Assembly: GCA_944383935.1 (NCBI GenBank)
Contig: CALWRK010000001.1
Span: forward strand, 19,484 to 83,483
DNA length: 64,000 nucleotides
Origin: an uncultured Clostridia bacterium
Lineage (GTDB): Bacteria; Bacillota; Clostridia; Christensenellales; UBA3700
Reading direction: 5' to 3'
Shown: positions 8,661 through 17,903 of the stretch, one piece after another
Layout: each line of letters opens with the position of its first letter
Position numbering within the stretch: the stretch's first letter is position 1
Program-made: the position numbers and the translations under genes
The notes under the pieces: model-generated
The model's input: the letters and a program-made list of their open reading frames with translations, nothing else
What the model was told of the DNA's origin: nothing
Database searches by the model: none

Positions 8661-9346
8661 GGAATGGATTTCCATGGGATTATTTTTCTCTTTTAATTTT
8701 CCCCTGTATGCAGACAATTTCACCATAAAATGCCAATCGGCAGCCTAAAATTACATATACTGTTCTTTCGTTACCCAAATAGCTTTAGCTAACAAACAGG
8801 TTGAAATGTTTGAAAACTTACCGCAAATATTTAACGGTCTTAAAATACTTTCGGCTATTTTTCACACGGTAAAGAAAGAGTATAACTCATATTTTGAATA
8901 TAGACAAAACCGACCTATTTATTTCTCTAAAATATTTTTTACTTCATGTAGTAATCGGAATAACTCTCGCTCATCATGCAAGAGAAGGCTGCCGAGCGGT
9001 AAGTTACTCATTCATATTAAAATACTCAAAGTCATTACCGAAAAATTGAAATTATAAAAAAATACGCTTTCGCAGGTACCCATATATGATAGTATACCTT
9101 TTCGAATTTCGGCGGAAAACAAAGACTGTTTCTGAGTAAAATTTTGCGTAATTTACAAAAATATTTTCATTATTCCATGACGCAACCATCCGAATATCGT
9201 TAAAATGCCGTGTTACGTTTACAGCTTTGTCTGATCTTTTAATTTTGAGCTTGTGACAGTATTATTCCACGCCGATTTTGCGGATATGCCTTCTTAAATT
9301 GCGATGCTACCATATGTGACTTTTAATAGTAAAACTTACTGCTTAT

Positions 9347-9430
9347 TTTAGATATGCATATTGCAAGACAGCTGCCGTTCTTCTATTTAGATATGCACGA
9401 TTATCTAGGATATTGCAAGATGTATTTAGA
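9347..9430. repeat. short split direct repeat in the gene-less gap
   Basis: TTTAGATATGCA+TATTGCAAGA is contiguous at 9347-9368. It recurs as TTTAGATATGCA (9386-9397) and TATTGCAAGA (9411-9420), separated by 13 bp. A third partial copy TATTTAGA lies at 9423-9430. Confidence 0.6.
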
Positions 9431-9568
9431 CAAACTCAGCACCCTCAAATCCTATTTGATATTGATAGTGGGCAGGCATATATATAAATATTTTATATAA
9501 CAAAAAGTTGTAATGTTAGACAATAAATTACCATATTATTCTTTATTACGCAATTTTTCATAATACTA

Positions 9569-11563
9569 TCAGCTTAAACTCACATCTTTGAGAGTAGCGA
9601 GATACTTCTGAACCATTTGGGAATGCAGTGTTTCATCGGGATGGTCTTTATACAATTTATCTGCAATATCTCGGCATTCAATGATAAGATTTGCGCTTAT
9701 TTTACTCCAATCGCCCCCGCCGCCGCTTTGCCTCATGCCGAAGAAATCGCCGTAGCCTCGCATATCCGCATCCTTTTGCGCTATCTCGAATCCGTCCTTA
9801 CTGTTGCACAAACTCGTAAGGCGTTCGCTCTCTTTTTTTAGGGAAGTATGCAGAATGCAGTACGACTTCAACCCTTCCCTCCTCCCTACTCTTCCTCTCA
9901 GCTGGTGCAAGGTGGATAGACCGAAACAATCTGCGTTGAGCACCAACATGACGCTTGCGCTTTTACAGTCTATACCCACTTCTATTACGGTGGTAGCTAC
10001 CAGCACTTTAAGCTCGCCAATATAGAATCTATGCATTATTTCCGCTTTGATACTTTCTTTCATACCGGAATATACAAGTCCTATATTAACTCCTCTGAAC
10101 GGACCGCTCACGAGGTCGGCATAGAGAGATTTTACAGATACCCTTTCCAGCCCTTCACTGTCCTCCACCAGAGGACATACGATATATGCCTGTTCCCCTT
10201 TATCTATTCGTTTATGGATAAAATCGTACACTTCTTTCAAATTATCATCGCCGATTACTTTGGTTACGATATTGTCCGCCATGCTCCCGCGCGGCAAGAG
10301 AGAGGACAACTTCAAGTCGCCGTACAGCGTAAGAGCCATGGCGCGCGGGATGGGAGTTGCGCTCATCACGAGTACGTCCACGTTTTCCGACTTATTTTCC
10401 AGCGTGGACTTATGTCTTACACCGAAGCGCTGCAATTCGTCTATAATGATAAAGCCCAAATTGGAAAACTCCACCTTATCTCCTATCACCGAATGCGTAC
10501 CTATAAGTAGATCCAGCGTTCCGCTTTTAAGCGCCGCGTTCACGCCCTTCTTCTCCTGCGCGCTGCTCACTCCCGTAAGCACGCCTATATTTATCCCTCT
10601 CCCTGCAAGCAAATTACACGCGGTGGTATAGTGCTGACGCGCCAATATCTCCGTAGGAGCCATAAACGCCACTTGATAACCGCACCTTATGGCATACACC
10701 GCCGACATAAGCGCCACCACAGTCTTTCCGCTTCCCACGTCGCCGGACAGCAACCTGTTCATCTTTTCACCGCTGTTAAAATCGGAATATATCTCCTCTA
10801 TCGCTTTCATTTGCGACTCGGTCAATTTGTACGGCAAAGCGTTTATTGCATCTTCTATTACCGAAAGAGGTTTACCGTAATGTTTACTCTTATGCGTCCT
10901 GCCCTGTTTTAATATTTTATACGCAAACAGCTGGGCGGAGATCTTCTCCTTATTCAGCCTTCTCCTGCCTTCCACGGCGTCTTGACGCACTTTGGGAAAA
11001 TGAGAGAGGATATATCCCGTTCTAAGCGGAATGTCGTCGCACACACTTTCTATAATCGAAGAAAATTCTTCTTTATCCAGCGCGTTGCGGATAAACTTAT
11101 TCAATGTAGGCTGCGCAATTATATTTTTTGTAGGATATATGGGAGTTATACCGCTCAATCGCTCTCCCGTCTTTCCCGCCTCAAAGCTGGGATTGGACAT
11201 GGTAAGCGCCCCTTTGTTCTCCAAAAGTTTGCCCCATACCACATATTCTTCTCCCGCATTCACCTTTTCTCTAAGGTAGGGCGCGTTGAAAAAAGTTAGC
11301 ACTATTTTTTTACCCTGCGTGAGATATGTAGCCTTAAAAACGTTCATGTTCCTGCGAATATATTGCACCTTGGTCACGGAAAACATGATGCCGGACAAGA
11401 GGACATAGTCACCCATACGGGTATTTTCCAAGTCGGAAAAGTTGGTCATATCCCAATATTTGCTTGGCAGGAAATCTATCAGATCTTTTGTGGAATAAAT
11501 GCCCAGCTTATTCAGCTTGGGCACCGTTTTTTCTCCTATTCCCTTGATATCAATTAAGTTCAT
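9569..11563 (-). CDS. recG: ATP-dependent DNA helicase RecG
   Basis: 664 aa. N-terminal wedge region, then SF2 motifs LLSGDVGSGKTVVAL, IIDELQRFG and QLRGRVGRR. Confidence 0.95.
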   Translation of the reverse strand: MNLIDIKGIGEKTVPKLNKLGIYSTKDLIDFLPSKYWDMTNFSDLENTRMGDYVLLSGIMFSVTKVQYIRRNMNVFKATYLTQGKKIVLTFFNAPYLREKVNAGEEYVVWGKLLENKGALTMSNPSFEAGKTGERLSGITPIYPTKNIIAQPTLNKFIRNALDKEEFSSIIESVCDDIPLRTGYILSHFPKVRQDAVEGRRRLNKEKISAQLFAYKILKQGRTHKSKHYGKPLSVIEDAINALPYKLTESQMKAIEEIYSDFNSGEKMNRLLSGDVGSGKTVVALMSAVYAIRCGYQVAFMAPTEILARQHYTTACNLLAGRGINIGVLTGVSSAQEKKGVNAALKSGTLDLLIGTHSVIGDKVEFSNLGFIIIDELQRFGVRHKSTLENKSENVDVLVMSATPIPRAMALTLYGDLKLSSLLPRGSMADNIVTKVIGDDNLKEVYDFIHKRIDKGEQAYIVCPLVEDSEGLERVSVKSLYADLVSGPFRGVNIGLVYSGMKESIKAEIMHRFYIGELKVLVATTVIEVGIDCKSASVMLVLNADCFGLSTLHQLRGRVGRREGLKSYCILHTSLKKESERLTSLCNSKDGFEIAQKDADMRGYGDFFGMRQSGGGGDWSKISANLIIECRDIADKLYKDHPDETLHSQMVQKYLATLKDVSLS

Positions 11564-13197
11564 TCTACCGCAACGAAATAATAGTAATGCGGCTGTCCGC
11601 CGTTATAGCAAGCCACATCGAAGTCGGGATATTTTTCTTCCAGCTGCTCTTTGAGCTCTTCCGCTTCCTCCTCTTTTACATCCGAACCGTAATAGAGGGT
11701 GATGCTCTCCGAAAAATCTCCCACAAGCGCGTGAACCACTTTTTCCGTGGTTTCTCCTATATCTTTACTCTGTGCCACTATCTTATCGCCGCTCAAGCCG
11801 ATAATGTCTCCTTCGTGCAGTGAAAAGCCGTCCATATTGGTATTTCTGACCGCATGAGTAACCTCTCCGCAGGTAAGATCCTTGTATGCCTTAGTCATGT
11901 TAGTGCAATTAACGGACATATCCTGCTCTGTATCGAAAGCCATTGCCGCGCGTATACCTTGGGCTACGCTGACTGTGGGAACGACGCTTACATTCTTCTT
12001 GCTAAGCTCATTCACTTTATCTGCCGCCATTATTATGTTCTTGTTATTGGGCAAGATGATGATATTGTCGGCATTCACTTTCTCAACCGCCACCAAAATA
12101 TCCTCCACACTGGGATTCATCGTCTGACCGCCTTCTATGACATAGTCCACGCCCATGTCCTTAAAGATACGGGAAAGTCCGGAACCGGCGCAGACCGCCA
12201 CCATACCCAAAGGCTTTTTATTGCGCTCACGCTCTTCCACAATAGCCCTGTGCTGTTGGAGCATATTCTCGATTTTGACCTTATCCAACTCGCCTAACTG
12301 CAACGCATACCCCAGCGCTTTATTAGGTTGATTGGTATGCACATGGACCTTTATCAAACTTATATCGCCGATAACTATAACGCAATCACCTATCGCCATC
12401 AACTTGTCGCGCAGCTTCTCCACATCCTCTTCCGTGCAATGTTTTTTGAGATTTACCACGAAATATTCCGTGCAATATGCAAATTTTATATTGTCATAGT
12501 CATGCTCTTCGTTGATATTTTCGCTGAGTGCCGTCTGAGCGGGAGCAATATAATCTACCGCAACGGGTTCTTCTTCTATCGTTTCGCCTGCCAATACCTT
12601 GTATGCGCCTGTAAGCACGCACAACAGTCCTTTGCCGCCCGCGTCCACTACTCCCGCTTTTTTAAGCACCGGAAGCATATCGGGCGTTTTTTGCAATATT
12701 TCATCGCCTTTTTGTATTATTGCATTGAAAAATTCTGTAAAATCCGATTTCTTTGACGCAAGCTGCGGAGCCTTTTCCGCGATATATCTGATGACCGTCA
12801 GAACCGTTCCTTCCTTGGGCTTGGTTACGGCGTTATATGCCATTTCGCGAGCTGCGGCAAGCGCTTTTGCAAATACCTTTGTGGTCACCTGCTCCACATC
12901 TTCCAAGGATTTTGTCAATCCGCGCATAATTTGCGACAAAATTACGCCCGAATTGCCTCTGGCTCCCCTCAAAGTGCCGTGAGAGATGCATTTGAGTACG
13001 TCGTTCATGTCGTACTTATCTCCCAGCGCTTCCAGCTCCTGCACGGCGGATGAGATGGTAAGACTCATATTCGTACCCGTATCGCCGTCCGGTACGGGGA
13101 ATACGTTGAGCGCGTTTACCGCCTCCTTATTCGCCGACAAATATTTATATCCGCCTATTATCATGTCTTTCAACACGGCGGGGGTTAATACCTTCAT
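11560..13197 (-). CDS. DAK2 domain-containing protein (YloV-like)
   Basis: 545 aa. N-terminal DhaL motif VFPVPDGDTGTNM. Conserved asp23-yloV-recG neighbourhood. 4-nt overlap with recG. Confidence 0.9.
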   Translation of the reverse strand: MKVLTPAVLKDMIIGGYKYLSANKEAVNALNVFPVPDGDTGTNMSLTISSAVQELEALGDKYDMNDVLKCISHGTLRGARGNSGVILSQIMRGLTKSLEDVEQVTTKVFAKALAAAREMAYNAVTKPKEGTVLTVIRYIAEKAPQLASKKSDFTEFFNAIIQKGDEILQKTPDMLPVLKKAGVVDAGGKGLLCVLTGAYKVLAGETIEEEPVAVDYIAPAQTALSENINEEHDYDNIKFAYCTEYFVVNLKKHCTEEDVEKLRDKLMAIGDCVIVIGDISLIKVHVHTNQPNKALGYALQLGELDKVKIENMLQQHRAIVEERERNKKPLGMVAVCAGSGLSRIFKDMGVDYVIEGGQTMNPSVEDILVAVEKVNADNIIILPNNKNIIMAADKVNELSKKNVSVVPTVSVAQGIRAAMAFDTEQDMSVNCTNMTKAYKDLTCGEVTHAVRNTNMDGFSLHEGDIIGLSGDKIVAQSKDIGETTEKVVHALVGDFSESITLYYGSDVKEEEAEELKEQLEEKYPDFDVACYNGGQPHYYYFVAVE

Positions 13198-13208
13198 CTA
13201 TACTCCTG

Positions 13209-13559
13209 TCAAACTCTCACGCCCACGACGTTCACATTTATCTTGTTAACGCGCATACCCGTAAAAGTTTCCACGTTATACTTGACGGTAGCTGCGACAG
13301 AGTCTTTTACCGCGTTGATGTTGATTCCGTCTTTAAGTATAACGTACAAATCAATATTTATTTTATTATTGACAGTTTCCACTCTCACGCCCTTCGCCGC
13401 GGAAGATTTATTGAAAAGTTCCACCAAGCTGTCCGTAAAACGGCGCGACACGAGGTCGGAAATGCCGTAACAATCAATAGCGGAATAGTGCGCTATCTTG
13501 GCAACCGACGTGTCCGAAATGGTAATTTTCCCGTATATGTTGGATGTTTTCACTGCCAT
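13209..13559 (-). CDS. Asp23/Gls24 family envelope stress protein (YloU-like)
   Basis: 116 aa. Typical Asp23 N-terminus (GKITISDTSVAKIAHYSAIDCYGI) and C-terminal VNVNVVGVRV. Confidence 0.9.
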   Translation of the reverse strand: MAVKTSNIYGKITISDTSVAKIAHYSAIDCYGISDLVSRRFTDSLVELFNKSSAAKGVRVETVNNKINIDLYVILKDGININAVKDSVAATVKYNVETFTGMRVNKINVNVVGVRV

Positions 13560-13680
13560 ACTATAATTATATTACTATAATGCGCGCATAATTTGCAAGC
13601 ATATGAGAGAATTTTTACGCCCAAAATAGGCTAAATGTGCAATTTATAAAAATTTTCCGTATAAAAGTGCGTTAAATTTG

Positions 13681-13709
13681 TTGCTTTATCCCTAAATAAA
13701 TGGTAATAT
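13681..13709 (+). promoter_or_regulatory. putative rpmB promoter
   Basis: TTGCTT-17 nt-TAATAT with a TGg extended -10, about 30 nt upstream of the GGAGG-preceded ATG. Confidence 0.45.
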
Positions 13710-13738
13710 ATATCAGCAACATAAACGGAGGTGAAAGT

Positions 13739-13930
13739 ATGTCTAGGGTATGCAGTGTATGCAATAAAACTCAGCTCAGCGGTAATAAAGTGAGCCACTC
13801 CAACCGTAAGTACAGGAAAAGTTGGGGAGTAAACGTGCAAAAGGTAAAGGTCGTAAAGGATAACGGCGCTACCGAGAGCGTTTACGTTTGCACAAAGTGC
13901 CTCAAAGGCGGCAAGGTCAACAGGGCTTAA
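13739..13930 (+). CDS. rpmB: 50S ribosomal protein L28
   Basis: MSRVCSVCNKTQLSGNKVSHSNRKYRKSWGVNVQKVKV... Start taken at the internal Met preceded by GGAGGTGAAAGT. The ORF-track start 13700 is a spurious N-terminal extension. Confidence 0.95.
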   Translation: MSRVCSVCNKTQLSGNKVSHSNRKYRKSWGVNVQKVKVVKDNGATESVYVCTKCLKGGKVNRA

Positions 13931-13938
13931 TAAAACAA

Positions 13939-13966
13939 GCGCACCTTTTGGGGTGCGCATATTTTT
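13939..13966. terminator. bidirectional rho-independent terminator (rpmB, probably also rpe)
   Basis: GCGCACC (13939-13945) / GGTGCGC (13952-13958). T-rich tracts follow on both strands (ATATTTTT on plus, TTGTTTTATT on minus). Confidence 0.7.
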
Positions 13967-14136
13967 GCCCTTTTATGTATATTAAATGCACTTTTAACGT
14001 ATATCGTTAATTTTTCTCACGGTTTCTGAAAAATATCCGTAGCACTTTTTTAATGGGCGCGGGCGGATTTATGCATAGAATCACCATCTTTATCCCTCCT
14101 GTACTCATAAATATGAATACAGAAGAGGTTGTGTTA

Positions 14137-14781
14137 CTATGCCTTCAACAGCTTTACCGCAAGCGCCGGATCGGATGCGGCAAATACCGCATTTCCCGCG
14201 ACGGCTGCGTCCAAACCTCTCCTCTTCATCTGAGCAATATTGTCAATCGTCACTCCGCCGTCCAATTCTATATAGATATCTCTACCCACTGTAAGTTTTT
14301 TGCACTCGTCTATCTTATCCATCACCGCGGGAATAAATTTTTGACCGCCGAATCCGGGAAACACTCCCATAAGGAGGATAAAGTCTATTTCATCTAAAAA
14401 TTCCTCCGCGACGGAAACGGACACGTCCGGATTTATAGCTATCCCCGCTTTTATTCCCGCCCCTTTTATCTTGGCCAAGACCTCATGAGGACACTCGCTC
14501 GATTCGGGGTGGAAAGAGAGAATATCGCTTCCCGCCCGTATAAACTCATCTATATATCTCTCCGGTTTTGTAATCATAAGATGCACATCAAGCGGTAATT
14601 TGCTCGCCTTTTTCAACGATTTTATCATCGGCATTCCAAAGGTAATGTTGGGCGCAAATATACCGTCTATCACGTCGCAATGTACCATATCGGCTCCCCA
14701 CGATGCTAAATTATCCAGTTCTCCGCCCAAATTCAACCAATCGGCGGAAAGCAGTGAAGGTGAAATTTTAATTGTTTCCAT
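14137..14781 (-). CDS. rpe: ribulose-phosphate 3-epimerase
   Basis: ISPSLLSADW, HCDVIDG, HLM and the GFGGQKF motifs. Confidence 0.95.
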   Translation of the reverse strand: METIKISPSLLSADWLNLGGELDNLASWGADMVHCDVIDGIFAPNITFGMPMIKSLKKASKLPLDVHLMITKPERYIDEFIRAGSDILSFHPESSECPHEVLAKIKGAGIKAGIAINPDVSVSVAEEFLDEIDFILLMGVFPGFGGQKFIPAVMDKIDECKKLTVGRDIYIELDGGVTIDNIAQMKRRGLDAAVAGNAVFAASDPALAVKLLKA

Positions 14782-15616
14782 ATCTTTTACTCCATTTGAC
14801 GCTCGCGTCTTTATATAGTTTCAAATATCGCTCATATCTATTTGCGGACAGCTTCCCCTCTTGCACGGCGCGCCTGACTCCGCATTCCTCTTCCGCGTCA
14901 TGCCTGCAATCGCGGTAGCGGCACTGCCCGGCAAACTCTTCAAAGTCGGGATAATACTCCCTGAGTACGGCGGGATCTATCGTAGGCATCTCCAACATGG
15001 AAAATCCGCAGGTATCGGCTATCTGTCCACCATATGCACTTTTGAATATTTCTATATGACGTGTCGTATGTCTGCCTCTTGCACTTTTAATTGAAATATC
15101 CCCTATCGCACATTTGTCTTCGCCCAAAAGCGCATTCAGTATGGATGATTTTCCCACGCCTGATTGTCCCGCCATACAGACGAACATATCTCCTATCCGC
15201 CGGCATAACTTATCTATGCCCTTACCTTCATCTACCGAAGTCAGAAATATCTCCGCCTGATCTTTATAGTCGGAACATACGCAGGCAGCCAATTCTTGCG
15301 CTCCGTCCAACTCACACTTGTTTATCACTATAAACGCCTCTATTCCCTGTTCCAATGCCCCGATAAGCATCTTGTCCACGAGAGTGAAGTCGGGCTTGGG
15401 AACGGGCGCTATGACTATTATTACCGCATCTATATTCGCGACATACGGGCGAATCAGACAGGATTTGCGGGGATGAACGCTCTCTATAATCCCCTCTTTG
15501 TCACTCGCAACGTCCACGATGTCGCCGATATAGATCTCCCCCTGTCTGCGCAACTTGCCGCGGGGATAGCATTTCAACGTGTTCTCCCCGTCGCTGACGG
15601 TATAAACTCCGCCCAC
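14768..15616 (-). CDS. rsgA: ribosome small-subunit-dependent GTPase A (start uncertain, see finding)
   Basis: OB-fold N-terminus, circularly permuted GTPase (NKCEL ... GQSGVGKSS) and C-terminal zinc knuckle CRYRDCRHDAEEEC. The first canonical start is GTG at 15616, but conserved N-terminal residues continue in frame up to 15652. Confidence 0.9.
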   Translation of the reverse strand: MGGVYTVSDGENTLKCYPRGKLRRQGEIYIGDIVDVASDKEGIIESVHPRKSCLIRPYVANIDAVIIVIAPVPKPDFTLVDKMLIGALEQGIEAFIVINKCELDGAQELAACVCSDYKDQAEIFLTSVDEGKGIDKLCRRIGDMFVCMAGQSGVGKSSILNALLGEDKCAIGDISIKSARGRHTTRHIEIFKSAYGGQIADTCGFSMLEMPTIDPAVLREYYPDFEEFAGQCRYRDCRHDAEEECGVRRAVQEGKLSANRYERYLKLYKDASVKWSKRYGNN

Positions 15617-15648
15617 GCCTTTGACTACTTGACCTACAAACCTGCGCT

Positions 15649-16689
15649 TTATTGTTCTTCACCTGCCTTTAAGAATTTTCTTCTCAGCTGTCCGCACGCT
15701 CCGTCTATGTCCGACCCCATGCTGCGTCTTAAAGTAACGCTCACTTTTAGATCTTCAAGCCGCTTTTTGAAGTTATTCACCCCACGCGGCGCGGTACCGT
15801 TGAGGGCGCGCTCTTTTACGCTGTTTAGGGCGATGAGATTCACATGGCAGGGAAACCCTTTTACGAGAGTCGCAAGCTCACGCGCGCATTCATCGGAATC
15901 GTTTATACCGTCTATAAGAGAGTATTCTATTATCACCCTGCGCTTTGTAACATTAAAATAATACTTGGCGGCTTCTATCACCTCATTCACGCCGTATCTG
16001 TTTGCAATAGGCATTATTTTGCGCCGGATATCGTCTGTGGGCGCGTGGAGCGATATCGTAAGCGTTGGCGTAAAACCGTCGTCGCACAACCTGCGTATCT
16101 TATCGCATAGTCCGCAGGTGGACAGGGAAACTCCTCTCTTTGAGATATTCAAGCCGTGCGGGTCGGACACGTTGGTAAGAAAGCGTACGGTGTTTTCATA
16201 GTTATCCAAAGGCTCTCCGCTCCCCATGAGCACGACATTCCCCACGCACCCTTCTCCGCCGTCGGCATTGACGGCGATAATTTGTCCCAATATCTCTCCC
16301 GCAGTCAGATTGCGCACCAATCCGTCCAGACCGGAAGCGCAAAACGCACAATTCATTCTACATCCCACCTGCGTGGAAACGCAGAGGGTATTGCCGTATT
16401 TATACTTCATCAATACGCCTTCTATCACGTTCCCGTCTTGAAGCGCGTAGAGAAATTTTATCGTGCCGTCCAGCTTGGAGTGCAGCTTGCGGATAATCCT
16501 TATCGGTCGGTCTAAGTAACCTTGGCTTATAAAGGCGTCTTTCAGGCAGCGCGGAATATTGCTCATCTCTTCGTAAGCCGCTCCTCTGGAGATCCATCGA
16601 AAAAATTGGTCCGCCCTATACTTCGGCATCCCCATATTCGAAATCATGTCAGCTGTTTCTTCATATGTGAGATCTTGCAAAAACTTCAT
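15649..16689 (-). CDS. rlmN: 23S rRNA/tRNA (adenine-C2)-methyltransferase RlmN, radical SAM
   Basis: KYRADQFFRWI N-terminus and radical-SAM cluster motif CVSTQVGCRMNCAFC. Confidence 0.95.
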   Translation of the reverse strand: MKFLQDLTYEETADMISNMGMPKYRADQFFRWISRGAAYEEMSNIPRCLKDAFISQGYLDRPIRIIRKLHSKLDGTIKFLYALQDGNVIEGVLMKYKYGNTLCVSTQVGCRMNCAFCASGLDGLVRNLTAGEILGQIIAVNADGGEGCVGNVVLMGSGEPLDNYENTVRFLTNVSDPHGLNISKRGVSLSTCGLCDKIRRLCDDGFTPTLTISLHAPTDDIRRKIMPIANRYGVNEVIEAAKYYFNVTKRRVIIEYSLIDGINDSDECARELATLVKGFPCHVNLIALNSVKERALNGTAPRGVNNFKKRLEDLKVSVTLRRSMGSDIDGACGQLRRKFLKAGEEQ

Positions 16690-17903
16690 GATTTCCTCCT
16701 GAGTACAGCCACATAAAAACCCTCTTCTCCCTTTCCGTCGGGCAGATATTGAGTGGAACTTTCCTGCTCGAAATTTATATGTGTGCGCAAAAACTCCGAT
16801 ACCACATCTAAATTTTCCTCTTTTAGCGTGGTACAGGTGGAGTATATCAATTTGCCGTTAAGTTTTAATGCGGAAGAAGCGTTGTTCAAGATGGCCTGCT
16901 GCGTTTCCGTAAGGGCGGGAATATCCTCACGCTTTCTGCGCAGATATATATCGGGCTTGGAAAATGCCACGCCCAAACCGCTGCACGGCACGTCGCACAA
17001 GACTACGTCATATATCGGTTTGAATTGCTCTTTTGCGCAGTCGCAGACGCGGTATTCCAAATTATCCGCGCCCATTCTGCGCGCATAGCTTTTAATAAGC
17101 TCCACTCTATGTTCGTGAATGTCGCAACAAGTGACCGTTATCTTTGCGTTCTCCGAAAGATATATCGCCTTTCCTCCGGGAGCGCTGCACACGTCCAACA
17201 CATCGTCGCCGTCACGAACACCTGCCGCAAGGCAGCACTTCATGGACGTGAGCGACTGCATTGTGATATATCCCCCGTCAAACAAGGGATAAAGTTTCTC
17301 TCCCCAATCCACAAAGTAGCCCAAGCCGCTGTCTTCATATCCCGCTCCCAGCTTGTCCAGCTGTTTTCCGAGTTCTTCATGCGTCGTCCTGCGCGCATTG
17401 TGGCGAATATGCTGTTTTGTAAATGGTTCTTTGGATAAAAACTCCTCTGCGCGCTCCCAGCCGTACTGAGATATGTATTTATTTACAATCCACAGCGGAA
17501 CGGAAGCCGTAACAGACAGCTTTTGAGCGGGAGATTTGGGCAATTTCACCCCCTCCGTCATATACTTTCTGAAAACGGCATTCAAAAACCCTTTAATCGC
17601 GCCCTTTCCCAACTCTTGCGCACAGTCCAAAACTCTGTTCACGGCGGCATAGTCGGGAATCGAATCCATATAGTCAAGCATATAAAAACCCATTTTAAGC
17701 AATATCACCGCATATGGTTTAGGGCGCTTTTGCACCAGCTTGCCTATTACATACTCATAATGCGTGTCCCTTTCCAGCACTCCGTATACCGCTCTCGTGA
17801 CAAAAGCCCCCTTGGCGTGCGAACGATTGAGGGCGCGCTCCCCGTAGCTTTCGCCCTTATATACATCGGATAATATATCGTATATATATAAGTCCTCTTT
17901 CAT
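16686..17903 (-). CDS. rsmB: 16S rRNA (cytosine967-C5)-methyltransferase RsmB
   Basis: SAM-binding DVCSAPGGK and catalytic CDVPCSGLG. Conserved fmt-rsmB-rlmN order. Confidence 0.9.
   Translation of the reverse strand: MKEDLYIYDILSDVYKGESYGERALNRSHAKGAFVTRAVYGVLERDTHYEYVIGKLVQKRPKPYAVILLKMGFYMLDYMDSIPDYAAVNRVLDCAQELGKGAIKGFLNAVFRKYMTEGVKLPKSPAQKLSVTASVPLWIVNKYISQYGWERAEEFLSKEPFTKQHIRHNARRTTHEELGKQLDKLGAGYEDSGLGYFVDWGEKLYPLFDGGYITMQSLTSMKCCLAAGVRDGDDVLDVCSAPGGKAIYLSENAKITVTCCDIHEHRVELIKSYARRMGADNLEYRVCDCAKEQFKPIYDVVLCDVPCSGLGVAFSKPDIYLRRKREDIPALTETQQAILNNASSALKLNGKLIYSTCTTLKEENLDVVSEFLRTHINFEQESSTQYLPDGKGEEGFYVAVLRRKS

Noticed and set aside
7983-8728. ORFs of 60-113 aa on both strands (7983-8174, 8171-8353, 8282-8509, 8296-8637, 8489-8728)
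   Set aside because: They run through the tRNA-Pro gene and the Val-Gly-Cys-Leu tRNA cluster. They are translation artefacts of structured RNA genes.
8806-9057. 83-aa ORF, the only ORF in the 0.9-kb gap
   Set aside because: It has no Shine-Dalgarno sequence, a low-complexity Ser/Asn/Lys/Phe-rich product and no recognisable motif, in AT-rich DNA where such frames arise by chance. Kept only as part of the gap finding.
13631-13960. 109-aa minus-strand ORF overlapping rpmB
   Set aside because: It is antisense to the clearly identifiable L28 gene, runs through the rpmB terminator hairpin and has no RBS.
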